Shown here one piece after another: positions 31,401 through 44,928 of a stretch of 64,000 bases of DNA (positions within the stretch are counted from its first letter, which is position 1; each line of letters begins with the position of its first letter). Source of the DNA: Tubiluchus corallicola (Eukaryota > Animalia > Priapulida); NCBI GenBank assembly GCA_030141605.1, contig JAQGDQ010000007.1:1537173-1601172 (forward strand), given 5' to 3'. A model generated the notes under the pieces. That model was not told the DNA's origin. It made no database searches and saw only the letters and a program-made list of their open reading frames with translations. The position numbers were made by a program, and so were the translations under genes.

Positions 31401-34400
31401 TTATGACTGCTTCTGCTGATGGTGGTTGTGGTGGTGGTGGTGGTGGTAGTGGTGGAGGTGGTGATGGTGGTAGTGGTGATGGTTTTAGTGGTGGTGGTGG
31501 TGATGATAATGATGATGATGATGATGATGATGACGATGATGATGATGATGCCATATAAGCTGTATTGATTTCCAGAACAAATGTATTCACTTTGTTTCAA
31601 ACAATAGAGTATCAAACTATCAATCCGTAGTTTTGTAGTAATTCTTGTATAATTACATATCCTGATCAAGAAAATTTTAATTGTTCATTAACTTCATTAC
31701 ATACCCATCTTAACAATTTGATTAAAATTAGGTATATTATTTATTAGAGCCCTAATTGTATATATTTTGAATGTTTTATAGAATTATATGTTTTAATTAA
31801 ATTGGTTTGTAGCATTGGAGAGGAGAAAAGCGATGTAGTTCATGAACGCATTCGCAATCTCGTTAACGCATTTTCTGAGCGAGCATGGAGAATCAAAGAG
31901 AGAGTAGCACAACCACCAACTCCCACTGAATCAGACAGCGGGAGGTCAACACGTATGTTACTCAAAATTTTTAAGCTGCTAAAATCAATGTAATCAGCCA
32001 TACAATATTCTTTTGACTGCAGTACAACATTGTAAAATAGGATTTTCATTGCAGCTGAAGTTGAAACAAAGAAGCAGCCTCAACGTTTTGACTCTTTCAT
32101 AGAAGATACCCTACACAGACAGGAGGAGCCACTGTATGTGGACATATTAGGGCGAAAGTTAAAACTCCCTGGATTTTTACGGTGCAAAGTTCCTAAGAAA
32201 CTTGCCATAGATCCTCAAGGTAAAGACTTGAATAATAGTATGAATTTATGTTTGTTAATCAAATACCTCAAATATCACATCACATGAAATACTCCGTGAA
32301 ACATTATCAGACTGTACTCGGGATATTGAAGTATCCATTCACTTTTTTGTGAAAATTAATTTTCTTTTGATTTTGTGCCTCTGGCTCTGTGAAAATAGAA
32401 AACCACCTCCTCGTTAAAAGTAATGCTAAGCTTTCCACGCTGTCCTACACTGGTGTATCAAGTGTGCAATCATATTGTATTTTTTCAGAGTGTTTTAGGT
32501 TCTTTAGCTGTTATTATCATCTGGATTTCTAAAATTTGTACTGTTAACAGGTAACATCCAATTTCTAATGTGTGGCCAAATCTTAATAATACAAGATTTT
32601 GATTGTTGAAATTACTAAACTTGGAATTACATAAAGCTTTTTGGGTGGCCCGATGTGTATATACTCAGGTAATGTGTTACGACACTGCTTGTTTCAGGTA
32701 CATGGTATCTAATGTGGTTGTTTCTGCTGACTTGTGCATACACATATAACTGTTGGAGTATGTTTTTACGGGCTTCGTTCCCATACGAGACTGAGAGCAA
32801 CCGGGCATATTGGCTAATCGCAGATTATATTTGTGATTTGCTGTATCTACTTGATATTGTTATCGTCAAATCTCATATCATATTCCTTGATGAAGGCATA
32901 TTTGTGGTAAGTACAGTTTATTAGCTATAGTTCATACAACATATAACACTTTTCTTAAATACCTATATTGATCACATAATCTTTTCATTCATGCTTACTA
33001 GCAACCACAATGGACTTTAGCAATACTAACAAATAAACCGTTTCTCTGGCTTAATAGAATCTGAACAAGTGTTGTTTTAACAAGTGAGGCGCATTAGCAG
33101 ATTTGTTACATTTTAAATTTTGAATTGTTTGCAAGATTAGATGTGTTAGTATGAATGAGAACTGTAGCTGCATCAATAACAGAAATGGAACACTATATTT
33201 TTCAATCATGTCACCACTTTCACAAAATAATTATTTATTTAGGATGATCGAAAGGCAATGGAAAAAAACTATGTGAAGACAACAAATTTCAAGGTATGAT
33301 TTTGTTAGAGATAGATGTTTCGGCAAGTGTAATTATATATCGATTGGCAATTTTGAGGCCATATTTATACCCTTTTAAGTTTTAAATAATTACACATTAG
33401 CGAAATGTCTTTAGTGCATAATTTTAGCAGACTTTATGAGCACTAGGATTCATCATCAATTAAGCTGTATTTTTATGTAGTTTTGTTACTATGTTGTTAT
33501 TGCTATAGCCATGTTTACTCACATTGACTGTACATTGTTTGTTGAATACTCTTGAATAAGTTCAAGTTACCCAATTTCAATATTTTGTACATATTTTAGT
33601 GTGATGTTGCGAGTCTGCTACCTTTGGATATCCTGTATTTGGCTGTGGGAGTGAAACCTATGCTTCGACTACCAAGATTACTTAAGGTTATTTTAGTTTA
33701 AAATACAGTAATTTGGTTATTTTAGTGTACATTTTCACAACTGTACATTTGCATTAGTGAAAAATTTATGTAGAAGAAGTGTAAAATGTGATAACACACG
33801 GATATTTTTTTTCATATCATTTATTGTTTGTTATATTTCCCTTTTCATAGTTACTATCATTCTACTGGTATAGCAGTTTTGACAGAATGTAAGATTACGG
33901 TCTCCAGGATACTTTTAATACAGTTATGTTTCAGGTAGCACAGAAAAAATGTACAGGTTTAGAAAATACATTTAGTTTTGGCTGTAAAAATTACAAGTTT
34001 ATAGCTTTGGTAGTCTTTTATTTATGACCAAAAACTTGTTTGTTAACAATTTAAATTTCTGAACAATGTCAGTTAATCAACAATTGAAAAACAACGTTGA
34101 TGTATAAAATGTGACAGATGCAACAAAACGAAAAAGAAATCAACCAGTTTGCAGCATGGTCTTCACAAAAATAAAGCACTCATAAGAGAAAGTGTATGTG
34201 GGTTGTACAGAGCAGTTTGATGCACGGAACAAAGACAAAAATTATTGAATGTTGTTGGAAGAAATGCTTCCACCAGTTTGCATTCTAAATGGCGGACACA
34301 TGGAGCACTACAAAGATCTTTCTGGCATTTATTTTCTGACTTGTCTGTATTTTTCGAAAAATGTAAGGTGATGACCTAAGATTTTTGGCATTTATACATA

Positions 34401-37400
34401 AGCATCTGTAACATCAATGATGTAATTTGCATGCGATTGCATTATTTTCTTGTAATATCATGATCAAAACTTCAGCACATTTTTATATGCCACCTAATAT
34501 TAGTTGTTTTCCCGTTCATACTATGTAATGCTCAAGCTTCATTTCCTCATTATCTTGAAAAATTTGCCAGTGTTATTTCACGCTAGAAACATTGTAGATT
34601 TTCACTTTATAAACTACATGCTCTTTTTGCACTTTTCTGCTGTTTCTTCCGGTATATCACCTAAAGAAATTTTACTGTTTTCCATTGTGCTATCTAAGTA
34701 AATTTTACTATTTTATTTTATTGTATAACCTTAGATACAGACATTTTGGGAATTCTACACAAGATTTGATGCAGTGGCAAAAGCTCCACATGCCATACGA
34801 GTTTTCAAAACCTTCACTTACATGCTATTTATGATTCATATACAAACCTGTGCATTCTATGCTTTCTCTGAATATGAAAGAAACCAGGGAATTGTATCTG
34901 ACTGGATACACAAAAATGAAGGCAACGCGTAAGTTTACCATCTTGCCAACTTCTTAAAAAGAAGCACAGTAAAAAGCTGGAAAATAATGTCAAATGGCCA
35001 CCGCTGATTATTTAATGATATTAGCATAATTAACTAGGTTTTGAGATCAGCATATAAAATACAAATTTTTTGCCTTCAATAATTAAATTAATTAAATTAT
35101 GAAAAGTTTTAAATTGGTAATGCAAGTCGTCTTATGACAATACAGAAAAATGTCTATATGCTGAGCAATGATTGTTCAGTCTGCTTTTATAATAATAATA
35201 CTACAAATGTGCTGCTACCTATATGTTTGTGGAATGTTGATTCTTATTATGTAGCTCAGTATTCTGTTTTTTCTTTGCCTTGTAACTTATGTTACTGGAT
35301 TACAGGTATATACGATGCTTCTACTTTGCAACTAAAACAGCAACATCTATAGGAAATAATCCAAAACCAGAACAGTTAAATGAGTTCTTGTACATGACAG
35401 TGTCTTGGTTACTAGGAGTTTTCGTCTTTGCTTTACTTATTGGTCAGGTACATTTCTACATACATTTTGGCTTGCAAATTATTCACTGTCAGTGAACTAT
35501 TTCAATGTTGCGCTGAAACAAATCTCCAATCATTTATTTAACATGAAATCTTGGAATAAGCTTCTAGCATAATTTTGGGACTGCAACAAAATTAAACTAT
35601 AATTAAAATACTCCTTACCTGTACAATTGAATGCATACTTGAACATTTCTGTATGTATTCAATTGTATATGCAAAGGTTATTTTTATTTTGATATAATTC
35701 TTTTGAAGCATCATGTTAAATAAATATTGAAATGTTTTGCAGTTCTGCCTGCTTTCATTGGAGATTTAAATTAATTCGTTATTTTACTGTTATACTATAA
35801 CTGTTGTTCATTACATACCCTAAACAACGAACATTCACATTTCCAAGAATAGTGAATAGCTATAGCTGTTAATATTTTGGTTTCGTATTTTGCTTTTCAG
35901 TATTTGTGTAAGCGCATTTTGCACTTTTAGGTTAGGGATATTTTCCAAGCTGCAAGAATGACAAAGACTGAATATCGAAAGACTATGGATATAACCATAA
36001 ACTATATGCAGAATCTGAAAGTTCCTTCAGACCTTCAGGATCGAGTCAGACTGTGGTTTAACTATAACTGGGAACAGCAGAAAACATTGAGTGTGTTTTT
36101 ATTTTTTAACATAATTTTTCGCATTTCTGAAAGAAACTTTTCTCTAACAAAACTTAAAAAGTTTGTAACTCTGAATCTCTGGTTTTTACATCTGATATTT
36201 TCTGGTGTTTTGCCGGTTTTTTTCTGCTACATTGTGCTGCATTTATTTTATATTTAATTGCTGTATGTCTAATAATAATTGTAAGAAAAATTTTCGTTTT
36301 TGCAAGATATATGCATGTAACATTTACAGTATCAGTTCAAGTAACAAATTGAACAAGTCCCATATCTACATAAATGCAGAGATAGAAGAGAGATTAAAAT
36401 GACTATAACATTGAGAAATTATCACCAATGTACATTTTGAACATTAAAATTATATTCTCTCCGCTTGAATATTTCTGGTTTGTGCCTGTGGTAGTGATTC
36501 TGTTATGGTTCTGCCTTTTACGCAGTCTAGTGATTGCCTTCTTTTCTAGACGAGAATGCAGCCCTTCAAATTCTGCCATTGAAGATGAGAACAGATATGG
36601 CTATAAATGTTCATTTTCAAACACTGAGCAAAGTTCAACTGTTTCAGGTAATTTTAGGTGTTTGTTCTTTATGATTATTTAACAGCACGATGATTATCAC
36701 TGCTGTATTTATATTTTTACAACTTTTCAGTCGTGCAATTTTTTATGTGTTTGTTATCTTTTTCAAGTCATATGTTACTTTACATAAAATTTAATTGTGA
36801 GCATTTGTAAACAAATTATTCTAATGTTTGCAATACTTCACTTGTTTACTTCAATAATTTATTTAAAACAGAACGTTTTGATTTAATCACTAAATATTTT
36901 CAGTTGACAGATCTGTATTTAAAATTAAATTCGCATTAAAAATTTTTGCAAATTAAGTATAAGATATAAACCATAATTTTTTTAAAAAAATTGTACCATC
37001 AATTGCTATCTGGAAATCACTAAAAAAATTTTGGAGCATTTACAAACAATGATGGGTGTTGTTTTACAATAATACTATTTTATGATTAATTTATAAACTT
37101 ACATTTATTCACTTAACAATATAATGTTTGTTACTGCATTCTCATTTTCTGTAGTTTCTTATTAAATTTCCAGGACTGTGAAAAAGGGCTGCTTCGAGTG
37201 CTAGTGTTACGATTGCGCCCCGTGTTATATCTGCCTGGTGATTTGGTCTGCAGAAAGGTACTGTTTATTTTTTATATAAATCTAAATCAGCATTATTTTG
37301 TAGAATTTAACACTGAACAATATCATTATATAAATATTAAGCAAACCTTTCTTGAGCTGACTTGTTAGAAACAAACATTTTTATTCATGCACATCTTGAC

Positions 37401-40400
37401 ACTGACAAAAATACAATCCTGCTAGTTCCTTTTTTGGCTGTTTTGATGAAATAATTCTGAAATTATTACATGGTCCGTAAATAGTATTTTATTTAGCAAA
37501 AACATGCAAAGGTTTCACTTGTGTCTTTAGGGAGATGTAGGGCACGAAATGTACATTGTAAACAATGGCCAGGTTCAAGTTATGGGAGGAGAGAAAAATG
37601 ACATTGTTCTGGCTACTTTGCATTCTGGAAGTGTCTTTGGAGAAATCAGGTAATGCTTATGCTTCTAATGTTAAAAAGACATTGCTGAAGTAAAAAAAAG
37701 GCGTTTATAGAACATAAAATATTTTTTAAAATTCATGTTACAATTTATAGTTGTTATTGAGTGTTTTCGTGCTTTTTGTACTTCATCTTAAAAGTTGTAT
37801 GTGTTTTTAAGTTGCAAAATTGAATTGTTATAATGGCTGTGTTGTGTTCTCGTGTGATGGATGCTCAGTCTTTTAGGCACATATTTCTGAAACTTTAACT
37901 GAGCATAACTGTGATAAAGCACAATATTGCTCGATAATTGTTATTTATTTATTTGAACCATCTCTTTTGACCTTCTCTACCTTCTCAAATGGAGCAAAAA
38001 AATAAAAACAGACCATAATAAATACACAAATGTATATGCCCATTTACACCTCTAAAATATATTAGTGTGGTGTGGCAAAATTAAAGCCAGAAATTAAAGC
38101 CTTTTAGATATTGACTGATCACAGATCACAGTTGGCAGAATTACATTACTAAGCCATGCCTCCCCGGTTTTTGTCTCACAATCGCTGGCTGACAGCCACT
38201 GCCTTAGCCACCTTAGAGAATAACTATAAATATAGGGGAAAACAGGAAACATTGTAACGATTTGTCTCTTGTTCCAGAAAATGTATCTCTGTTATACTTA
38301 ACTGACTACAAGAAACGAGTTTTAATTATTTTGCTCAAGGATATATGCATGGTGTCAAGCTTTTATGAGAAAGATTAGGCGTTGTTACCTTAAGACCAGA
38401 ATGCTGATCTCCAACAGAAAAAATCTGCTGCTAAACGAACTTGTTGTAAACGTAAAATTATAGATATCCTTACTTGCATTTGCACTTAAATTATTTTTGA
38501 GTGTCTTGAGATCAAAGTTCAGCATGAAAATGAAAACTCTATTATACAACCTGAATCTGTAGGGTGAAATTTTTCTTAGTGATAAAGCAAATCTGGATCT
38601 TAGCTACTGAAAATGATTTTTCAGTTATACAAAAATACAGTGTTCCTTCACTACTTCGCGGTTCCTTTATCGCAGTCTCGCTGTTCCACGGGTTTTCAAA
38701 AAGTATTAATGTAAAATATTTATTGCGATACTTTCGCTGCTTCACGGGTTTTTGCGGTACTCCGTCTAAAGTATTTTACGTATGCATAGTACGTATTGTA
38801 CAGTAATGTATAGATTTGATGAATTTTGCTTAAAAAATCACAAAATGTATAAAAATATATTAAAAATATTAATTCTTACATTAAAAGAATATTATAGATC
38901 ATAAAAAATTACCATTTGCAGTAAATAGTGTATTTATTCGGCGAATGAATATACACCAAAAACGAAATGTAGTACCTGCGCCTGCTTGAGAATCTACTTG
39001 CCGACGTGAGATTGTACACAACACACAATTGGTTGATTATAGTATAAGTATAAAATAAGTATAGCGTCCCTCCCTACTTCGCGGAAATTCACTTATCGCG
39101 GGTGGGCCTGGAACTGAACACCTGCGATAAGTGAGGGAACACTGTATGAGTAAAACAACACATGCATTGCCAGTTTAAAACACTTATGTAAGCACTAACA
39201 TTTGATTTTAAACAACCTAAGCTGCCCAGGCTAAACTTTGTGAATGTAATAGTTAAAAGGGCCTACTAACTTAAAGTTTAATAAATACTGTTTTATTTTG
39301 TTCCTCCTGCTGAACACGTATAGTGCTGAAGTAGGCATACTATATTTTTGCATTGTAGAACAACATCAGATTTCAAATTTAAAAAATAGAAAGCTAACTA
39401 CTTTGGCAAAGACTTCGTGGTTTTTAAAGGGTTCTGTGTTCCGTGAGGTCTTATGCATGTTCCGTCGGCATGAACATTTGTCTGTCCTTTTTGCCTAAGT
39501 AAAAATAATCTAACCATGTATAAACACACACTTTTGCAGTATATTTGGCATGTTTAGTATAATCTGCATGCCCGAAAATGTGAGTAAACATCTGGGGCTG
39601 TGGAGTGGTTCGCCTGCCATTGTGAGTTGGACTTTCACTGGTTGATTGACATTTTGCAATCCCTCTATTATGGATCGCTTACAATATGTCCTGAACATAA
39701 AAACTGTTAAAAAACTGTCATGAGTATATTTCTAAAGTAATAAAGTTTAATCACTTATACACATTATTTATAGTCTGTTGTCGTTGGCTGGAGGAAATCG
39801 AAGAACTGCAGATGTTAAATCTCGTGGCTTTTCTAATCTATTTGTGCTAAGCAAAGCTGATCTGCAAGACACAATAAAGGATTATCCCGATGCACAAGAA
39901 GCCCTTAAGCGAAAAGCCAAGTATGTGACAAATAATTTCCTATAAGTCCCTTACTTACGGAACAGAATATCAAGCTTCACTGTATGCTGTATGTGACTTA
40001 TTAACATTACTTATTACGAAATATTTTTATTGGTAAGTTAATCATTCATTTAAATGTTGAAAATTTTCAATTATATTTCAGTGATTGTATGTTGTAGGAA
40101 AATTATTGCTCAAAATGCCAAACGGGAAAGAAAGCCCAGCATCAAGGAGGAAGACGTGAAGCTAAAGCCATCAACTAGGCTTAGTTCCCACACTCCAAAA
40201 CTTGTGACAGCTGTCATCGAGGTTGGATAATTTTCCAAATGTTTTTTATAGTATTTGGACTTATTATTATTAAAAATGCACTATTTTTGACAATTCGAAT
40301 ATGTGAACGTAATCAAATTTTAGTGTTTAACGCTTGTAGGCTCTGGATAAGAACCCATCAACACATGATAATGAAACAACACAGATTCTGACTGGCAGGA

Positions 40401-43400
40401 AGAGCAGATTGCAAGTGCAGAGTTCTATGGAGATGAGATCAACACCCGAAGAAGTGCTCGTGGTAGAAACTACTCAAGATGGTTAGTTAAGAATTTGTTT
40501 TGCTAACGACCCTCAGGCATACGTGTTATTATTGGCTAAATGACGTATAACAGAAATAAATGATCTGTTTGTTTTTTCAAAATTATTGTGCACTGATGAT
40601 TTATCAGTCATTGAAGTATGTACTATTAACTAATTGTCAATTTACTATTATGGAATAACATACATGTTCATTCTTAAGTGAACCTAAAAAGTCATTCTTC
40701 GTTAACTTGAAAAGTTAATATTTGCCTTGTTATTGCTTGTACAGTCAAACATTTACAAAAGACTTTCAAATGAAATGAGTATAATGAATAATGAATGTAA
40801 TGAATATGCATTAACTGTAGTTATGCATGTTTGTGAGTATTTCATCTATTATGTAAAAATTCTAACCTGCTTTTATAAGTGTGTCTTGCTAAAAAGCAGA
40901 GTGGTAATTTAAAACTGATATTTCACACCTCTCTTGTGTAAGTGTTATAAAGTTAATTAGAAATGATGTACAGATTGACAAAGTTCTACTAAATACAACA
41001 GTATGGGTGCCAATTTATTTATCAAGGGGATATTAATTCATAAAATATATTCTGTGAGTTTATCAATTATAGTGTTTGGTAGTTATTTATGTTGCTATTT
41101 ATGACTCAACCGTTTCAGGCCCAAAAGAAGAGACCCAAATTTCTTTAAAGAATTCTCTGAGCCCTACAACGACTGAACGGCGCAGTCGACTCTTGAAGAT
41201 GCACTCAATTCACGAAAACAGTAAGTATGATTTTATGTCATTGTTGAGTGTTTGTTTATCTTTTAATTTGTTTGTCACTTACTGCCCCACATTACTGTGA
41301 TTTCAAATTTATTTTTATCAATCTGGCTTGAAAATATTAGTATTGTAAATATCAATTTTGATAAAGTTGTTATGCTGCAATGTTGTAACTCTTTCAGCTT
41401 GAGTCCAAGTCGAGTCCCAAGTCTTTGGGGATCAAGTCCGAGTTAAGTCTCAGCTCATTCTGGCCCAAGTCTCGAGTCATTAAACCCAAGTCTGAATTGA
41501 GTTTTAAGTCATTATGTCTATGTCTAAGTCGAGTCTTAAGTCATGTTCACTTCAAATCAAGTTTCAAGTCAAAGTAATTTAGGATTTAATCGATTCCCAT
41601 GTTCTTGTTTAATAGTAATTGACTGTTGTTGTTAATTTTGGCATTATTTTCCTTATTACTGCACTACATTTATTACTACAAACATTGGCTAATGTTGATG
41701 TTTTGCTATACATCAAACTATCCGTGCAAGATAAATTATTTTACAAATGATTTTACACTTAAGTTTGCAATGGTGTTGTACCGAGTATCTGTATGACATA
41801 AAAGTAACTTTACAATCAGTAGTACTAATTACATTCTACAAGAAGTTATTCTAGTTACTTATTACATTTACTCTTATTACATTATCTGACAATCCTGTGT
41901 GTTCTTACTAACAAGCCACTTTGTCTGAAGACCCATTCAATTAATAGTCGCACTAATAGCTGAGCAACTAAATACTTTATTAGCCAGTTTAGAAAAGCTG
42001 CTGTTAAAAAAGCTGTCTATGATGTATTTTGAGTTTTTCTCATGCAACATCAAGGGTATGTTTAATGTTGTTAATTATTAAAGTTTTTAACTGAGTGCAG
42101 AGCAGATGCAAACACTGCTGCTGAACCTAGAGACTTTAAGAATTGACACTTTAGGCATAATGCAAATATGGCTTTAGACAATGAACACTGGTCTAACGTG
42201 GGATTGAAATGCTTTCACAAGTAATAACAATTTAACTATTTAGTTATAACGTGCATCATTATTGTTTGTTTTACTGTTCGTGTAGTCTGAGCCACTAATC
42301 AAGTCAGTACTTTATTGTTTTGAGTCCAAGTCAAATAGCGAGTCATTTATTATAAGTGTCAGTCAAATCTGGAATCAGTGCCATGCAAGTTGAAGTCGAG
42401 TCTGACTCTGAGATGCTGAGCAATTTTCTCAACAAAGGCAATTTATTGATATTTTTTCAGTGTGCTAGACTTTTATGCTTACTTTGTTGCAAAGTATAGA
42501 TAGAAAGATTTTACAAAATAAAGAGATAATTTTATGCACATTATTTTAACTAATATTAGTTATTATTGTTCTGTCAGATAAAAAAGTGGATGACGAGCAA
42601 AGATCGGACTCTGCTTTAGGTAATACCATGTCGTCATCATTGGATACAGTTGACAAAAATAAAGAAACCAAAGAGGTTCCTAAAGGTGTGTAATTTGTGT
42701 ACTTGTGTTTCTATAAAAATGTTGTTTTGTTACACCAGAAAGTCCTATTAACAATACTGTATATATTGTACTATATATTGGTTACCCACATGCAGCTGTT
42801 ATTTTCAATGGCATCAGATTATTTTGGTAAATCACAGGCCTAAGACATGCTTAACCAAAAATAAAATTTATAGCGGCCTTAGTTAAGCTTCAGCAACAAA
42901 CTAGTTAGTTAAGACTTAGTGGTGTTATTGATTCAAAAAAGTATGAGATGTAGAAAATTTGTGCTTCAAATGAAGATTTTGCATTAAATATTTTTTTAAG
43001 CAGTTTACATCATCTGTTTGTTGACATTATTATGTGTTAAAAAGTTTTTATAAATTATTTGTTTTTGTAGATAACAAAGCTGCTAGTAGTCTAGAATCAG
43101 GCATCTCTTTAGAGGACACAACTTCTAAGATAGAGAAGAAGAAAAAGGTTAGCAAAAACCAGGTTGCTCCTCAAGAAGGCCCACTGAATGTGTGGAATGA
43201 AAGTAAATTTGACCGCACACGTCCAGTGTCTATTGTGCAACCCATGGTGAATGGCATGCCACTTCAACAACAGCAGTCAGCAAAAGAAACATCTTCTTCA
43301 TATAAAGAGAGTGATGACACATCGAGAAATGTGGACACTGCTGCTTTACCTGGCCAAACAGATGCCGGTGTAAATGCAACTGCTAACACAGAATCAGTTG

Positions 43401-43678
43401 CTGCTTCTGGGAATCTTATAAATGAAAGTATTGATTTTGATGTACAACCTCATGAATTAGCAACATTGAGAAGGGCTTCGATAACTCCTAGTCTAATGTC
43501 TGCATCACTTGACTTGGAAGATAACATGCAGCATGACGCCCGTACTTTGGATGCAGAGGTTACTGTGCACCAAGAAAGCAGTGCAGTAAGCAGTAGCAGT
43601 GCTGGAGTAGATAATTTAGCTTATGTACCAGAAAGTGATTCACCAAATGCTGTTAAACACAAGCCACCAAAATCGTAA
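28405..43678 (+). CDS. CNGB: Cyclic nucleotide-gated cation channel beta subunit (CNGB/TAX-2-like), about 1061 aa
   Basis: In-phase exons 28405-28517, 28873-29060, 30536-30740, 31813-31952, 32055-32219, 32698-32906, 33243-33293, 33600-33686, 34735-34928, 35306-35447, 35931-36090, 36550-36647, 37174-37257, 37531-37649, 39774-39920, 40098-40221, 40340-40481, 41119-41220, 42578-42685 and 43071-43678. Contains beta-type motif [16 protein letters not shown]4 LRLPRLLK, pore [13 protein letters not shown] (lacks the alpha-subunit Glu) and [26 protein letters not shown]. The N- and C-terminal low-complexity exons are less certain than the core. Confidence 0.93.
29702..29823. promoter_or_regulatory. 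Cluster of RFX X-box-like motifs in a CNGB intron
   Basis: ATTACCATGGCAAC (29702-29715), GTTGCCTGGGCAAT (29741-29754) and a weaker ATTGCCTAAGTTAAC (29809-29823), against consensus GTTNCCATGGNAAC. Confidence 0.5.
31415..31550. repeat. (GGT)n/(GAT)n trinucleotide microsatellite
   Basis: Read directly in a CNGB intron; explains the poly-T/I/P/S pseudo-ORFs. Confidence 0.95.
38638..39144. mobile_element. pogo/Tigger-type (Tc1/mariner) MITE, 507 bp
   Basis: TA|CAGTGTTCCTTCACTACTTCGCGG ... CTGCGATAAGTGAGGGAACACTG|TA: TA target duplication, CAGT-starting TIRs and subterminal repeats CTACTTCGCGG. Confidence 0.85.
41393..42419. mobile_element. Probable non-autonomous DNA transposon (hAT-like) with (C/G)AAGTC/GAGTC subterminal arrays
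   Basis: Arrays of CAAGTC/GAGTC at both ends (41400-41575 and 42300-42410), with loose TIRs TCAGCTTGAGTC / GACTCTGAGATGCTGA. Confidence 0.5.
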
Positions 43679-44928
43679 TTCACTTTTCTATGGGATTTGT
43701 AAGGTGTGACATCCACTATTAATATTAAGATAACGTAATTTTTTTTATTTGCAACAAAAATAAGTAATTATGAGGTGACTTAATATTGTACAATTAAGTC
43801 TTTTCTGTCCACAAAGTTAGTGTATAAAATTAAGTATGATGTTCGTCACATTTATTTTCAGGCACTTTTCAAGTTTTAAATCTGCAAATCATGTCTTTTT
43901 GCTTTTACCTCGTTTTGAATTAAAGCATGACAAACTAATACACTCATGTTTTTCTACTTTTTTTGGAATTCCGTGATCACTCCTTAATCCTATATTCCAA
44001 TATGCAACTAATACGTGAAATTTAAAAAAGTTTACCATTGAACCATGTGTGCTCATGCATAACCTGACACCCATGAAACAACATTGTTATACATTAAAAC
44101 CGAGCATTTTGGTAAACAACTTTTGAATAATTTATTAAATAAGGGATTACTCGTACGCAAGCACAAGATCTAAATACATTCACACATCTAACACAAGGTA
44201 AACCACAGGTAAAATCACAAAGTAGAACAGAAGAGGACAGGATTAAATCGAGCTGGCAATAGTGACACATCTTATACAATATACACAGTGGCATACAAAC
44301 TGGGTACCAAAATAATTATTTTACAAGGTATATTTAAAATTAGCTTAGGAAGCTTACAAAAGATAAAATAACATTACAAAATTGTATTGTTTTGGTGACA
44401 ATAATATAGTACATGTATAAACTATAAACAGTCTGCAATAGTAGGAAAACAAAAACAGAAACTTTCAAGGGATACTTGACTTGAGGACATTACACCTTAG
44501 CAAGGCTATACATAAATTGTCTGCAAAAAATTAATTTTTATACAGCAACAACCAGACAGCTCAAAAGTTTTCAATTCTTTAAACTGTGTTCATTTATCTT
44601 TGATCACAAAAATACTTTGGACTGTAAATGAATTACTCTCTGTTCAAGTGCTTTTTGCATAAGTAACAGTTTTCACTTTTATGACACTTTAATTACGTTA
44701 AAAAATTTAAATTCATTCTGCTTATGCTATCTGAATCAATTTGTGATGTTTAACATTTAAACATGTTAGCTAGTGATACTTTGGTTTATCAATGTGCTAT
44801 GAAACAAATGCAAATGAACTGCCAGTTTTCATTTAATGAAATAAGCTTCTGATGTTTGTTTTTGAAAAGTTTTGACATTTACCATGCAATTTTTACAATC
44901 ATGTTCATAACAAACAAACATAATGACA

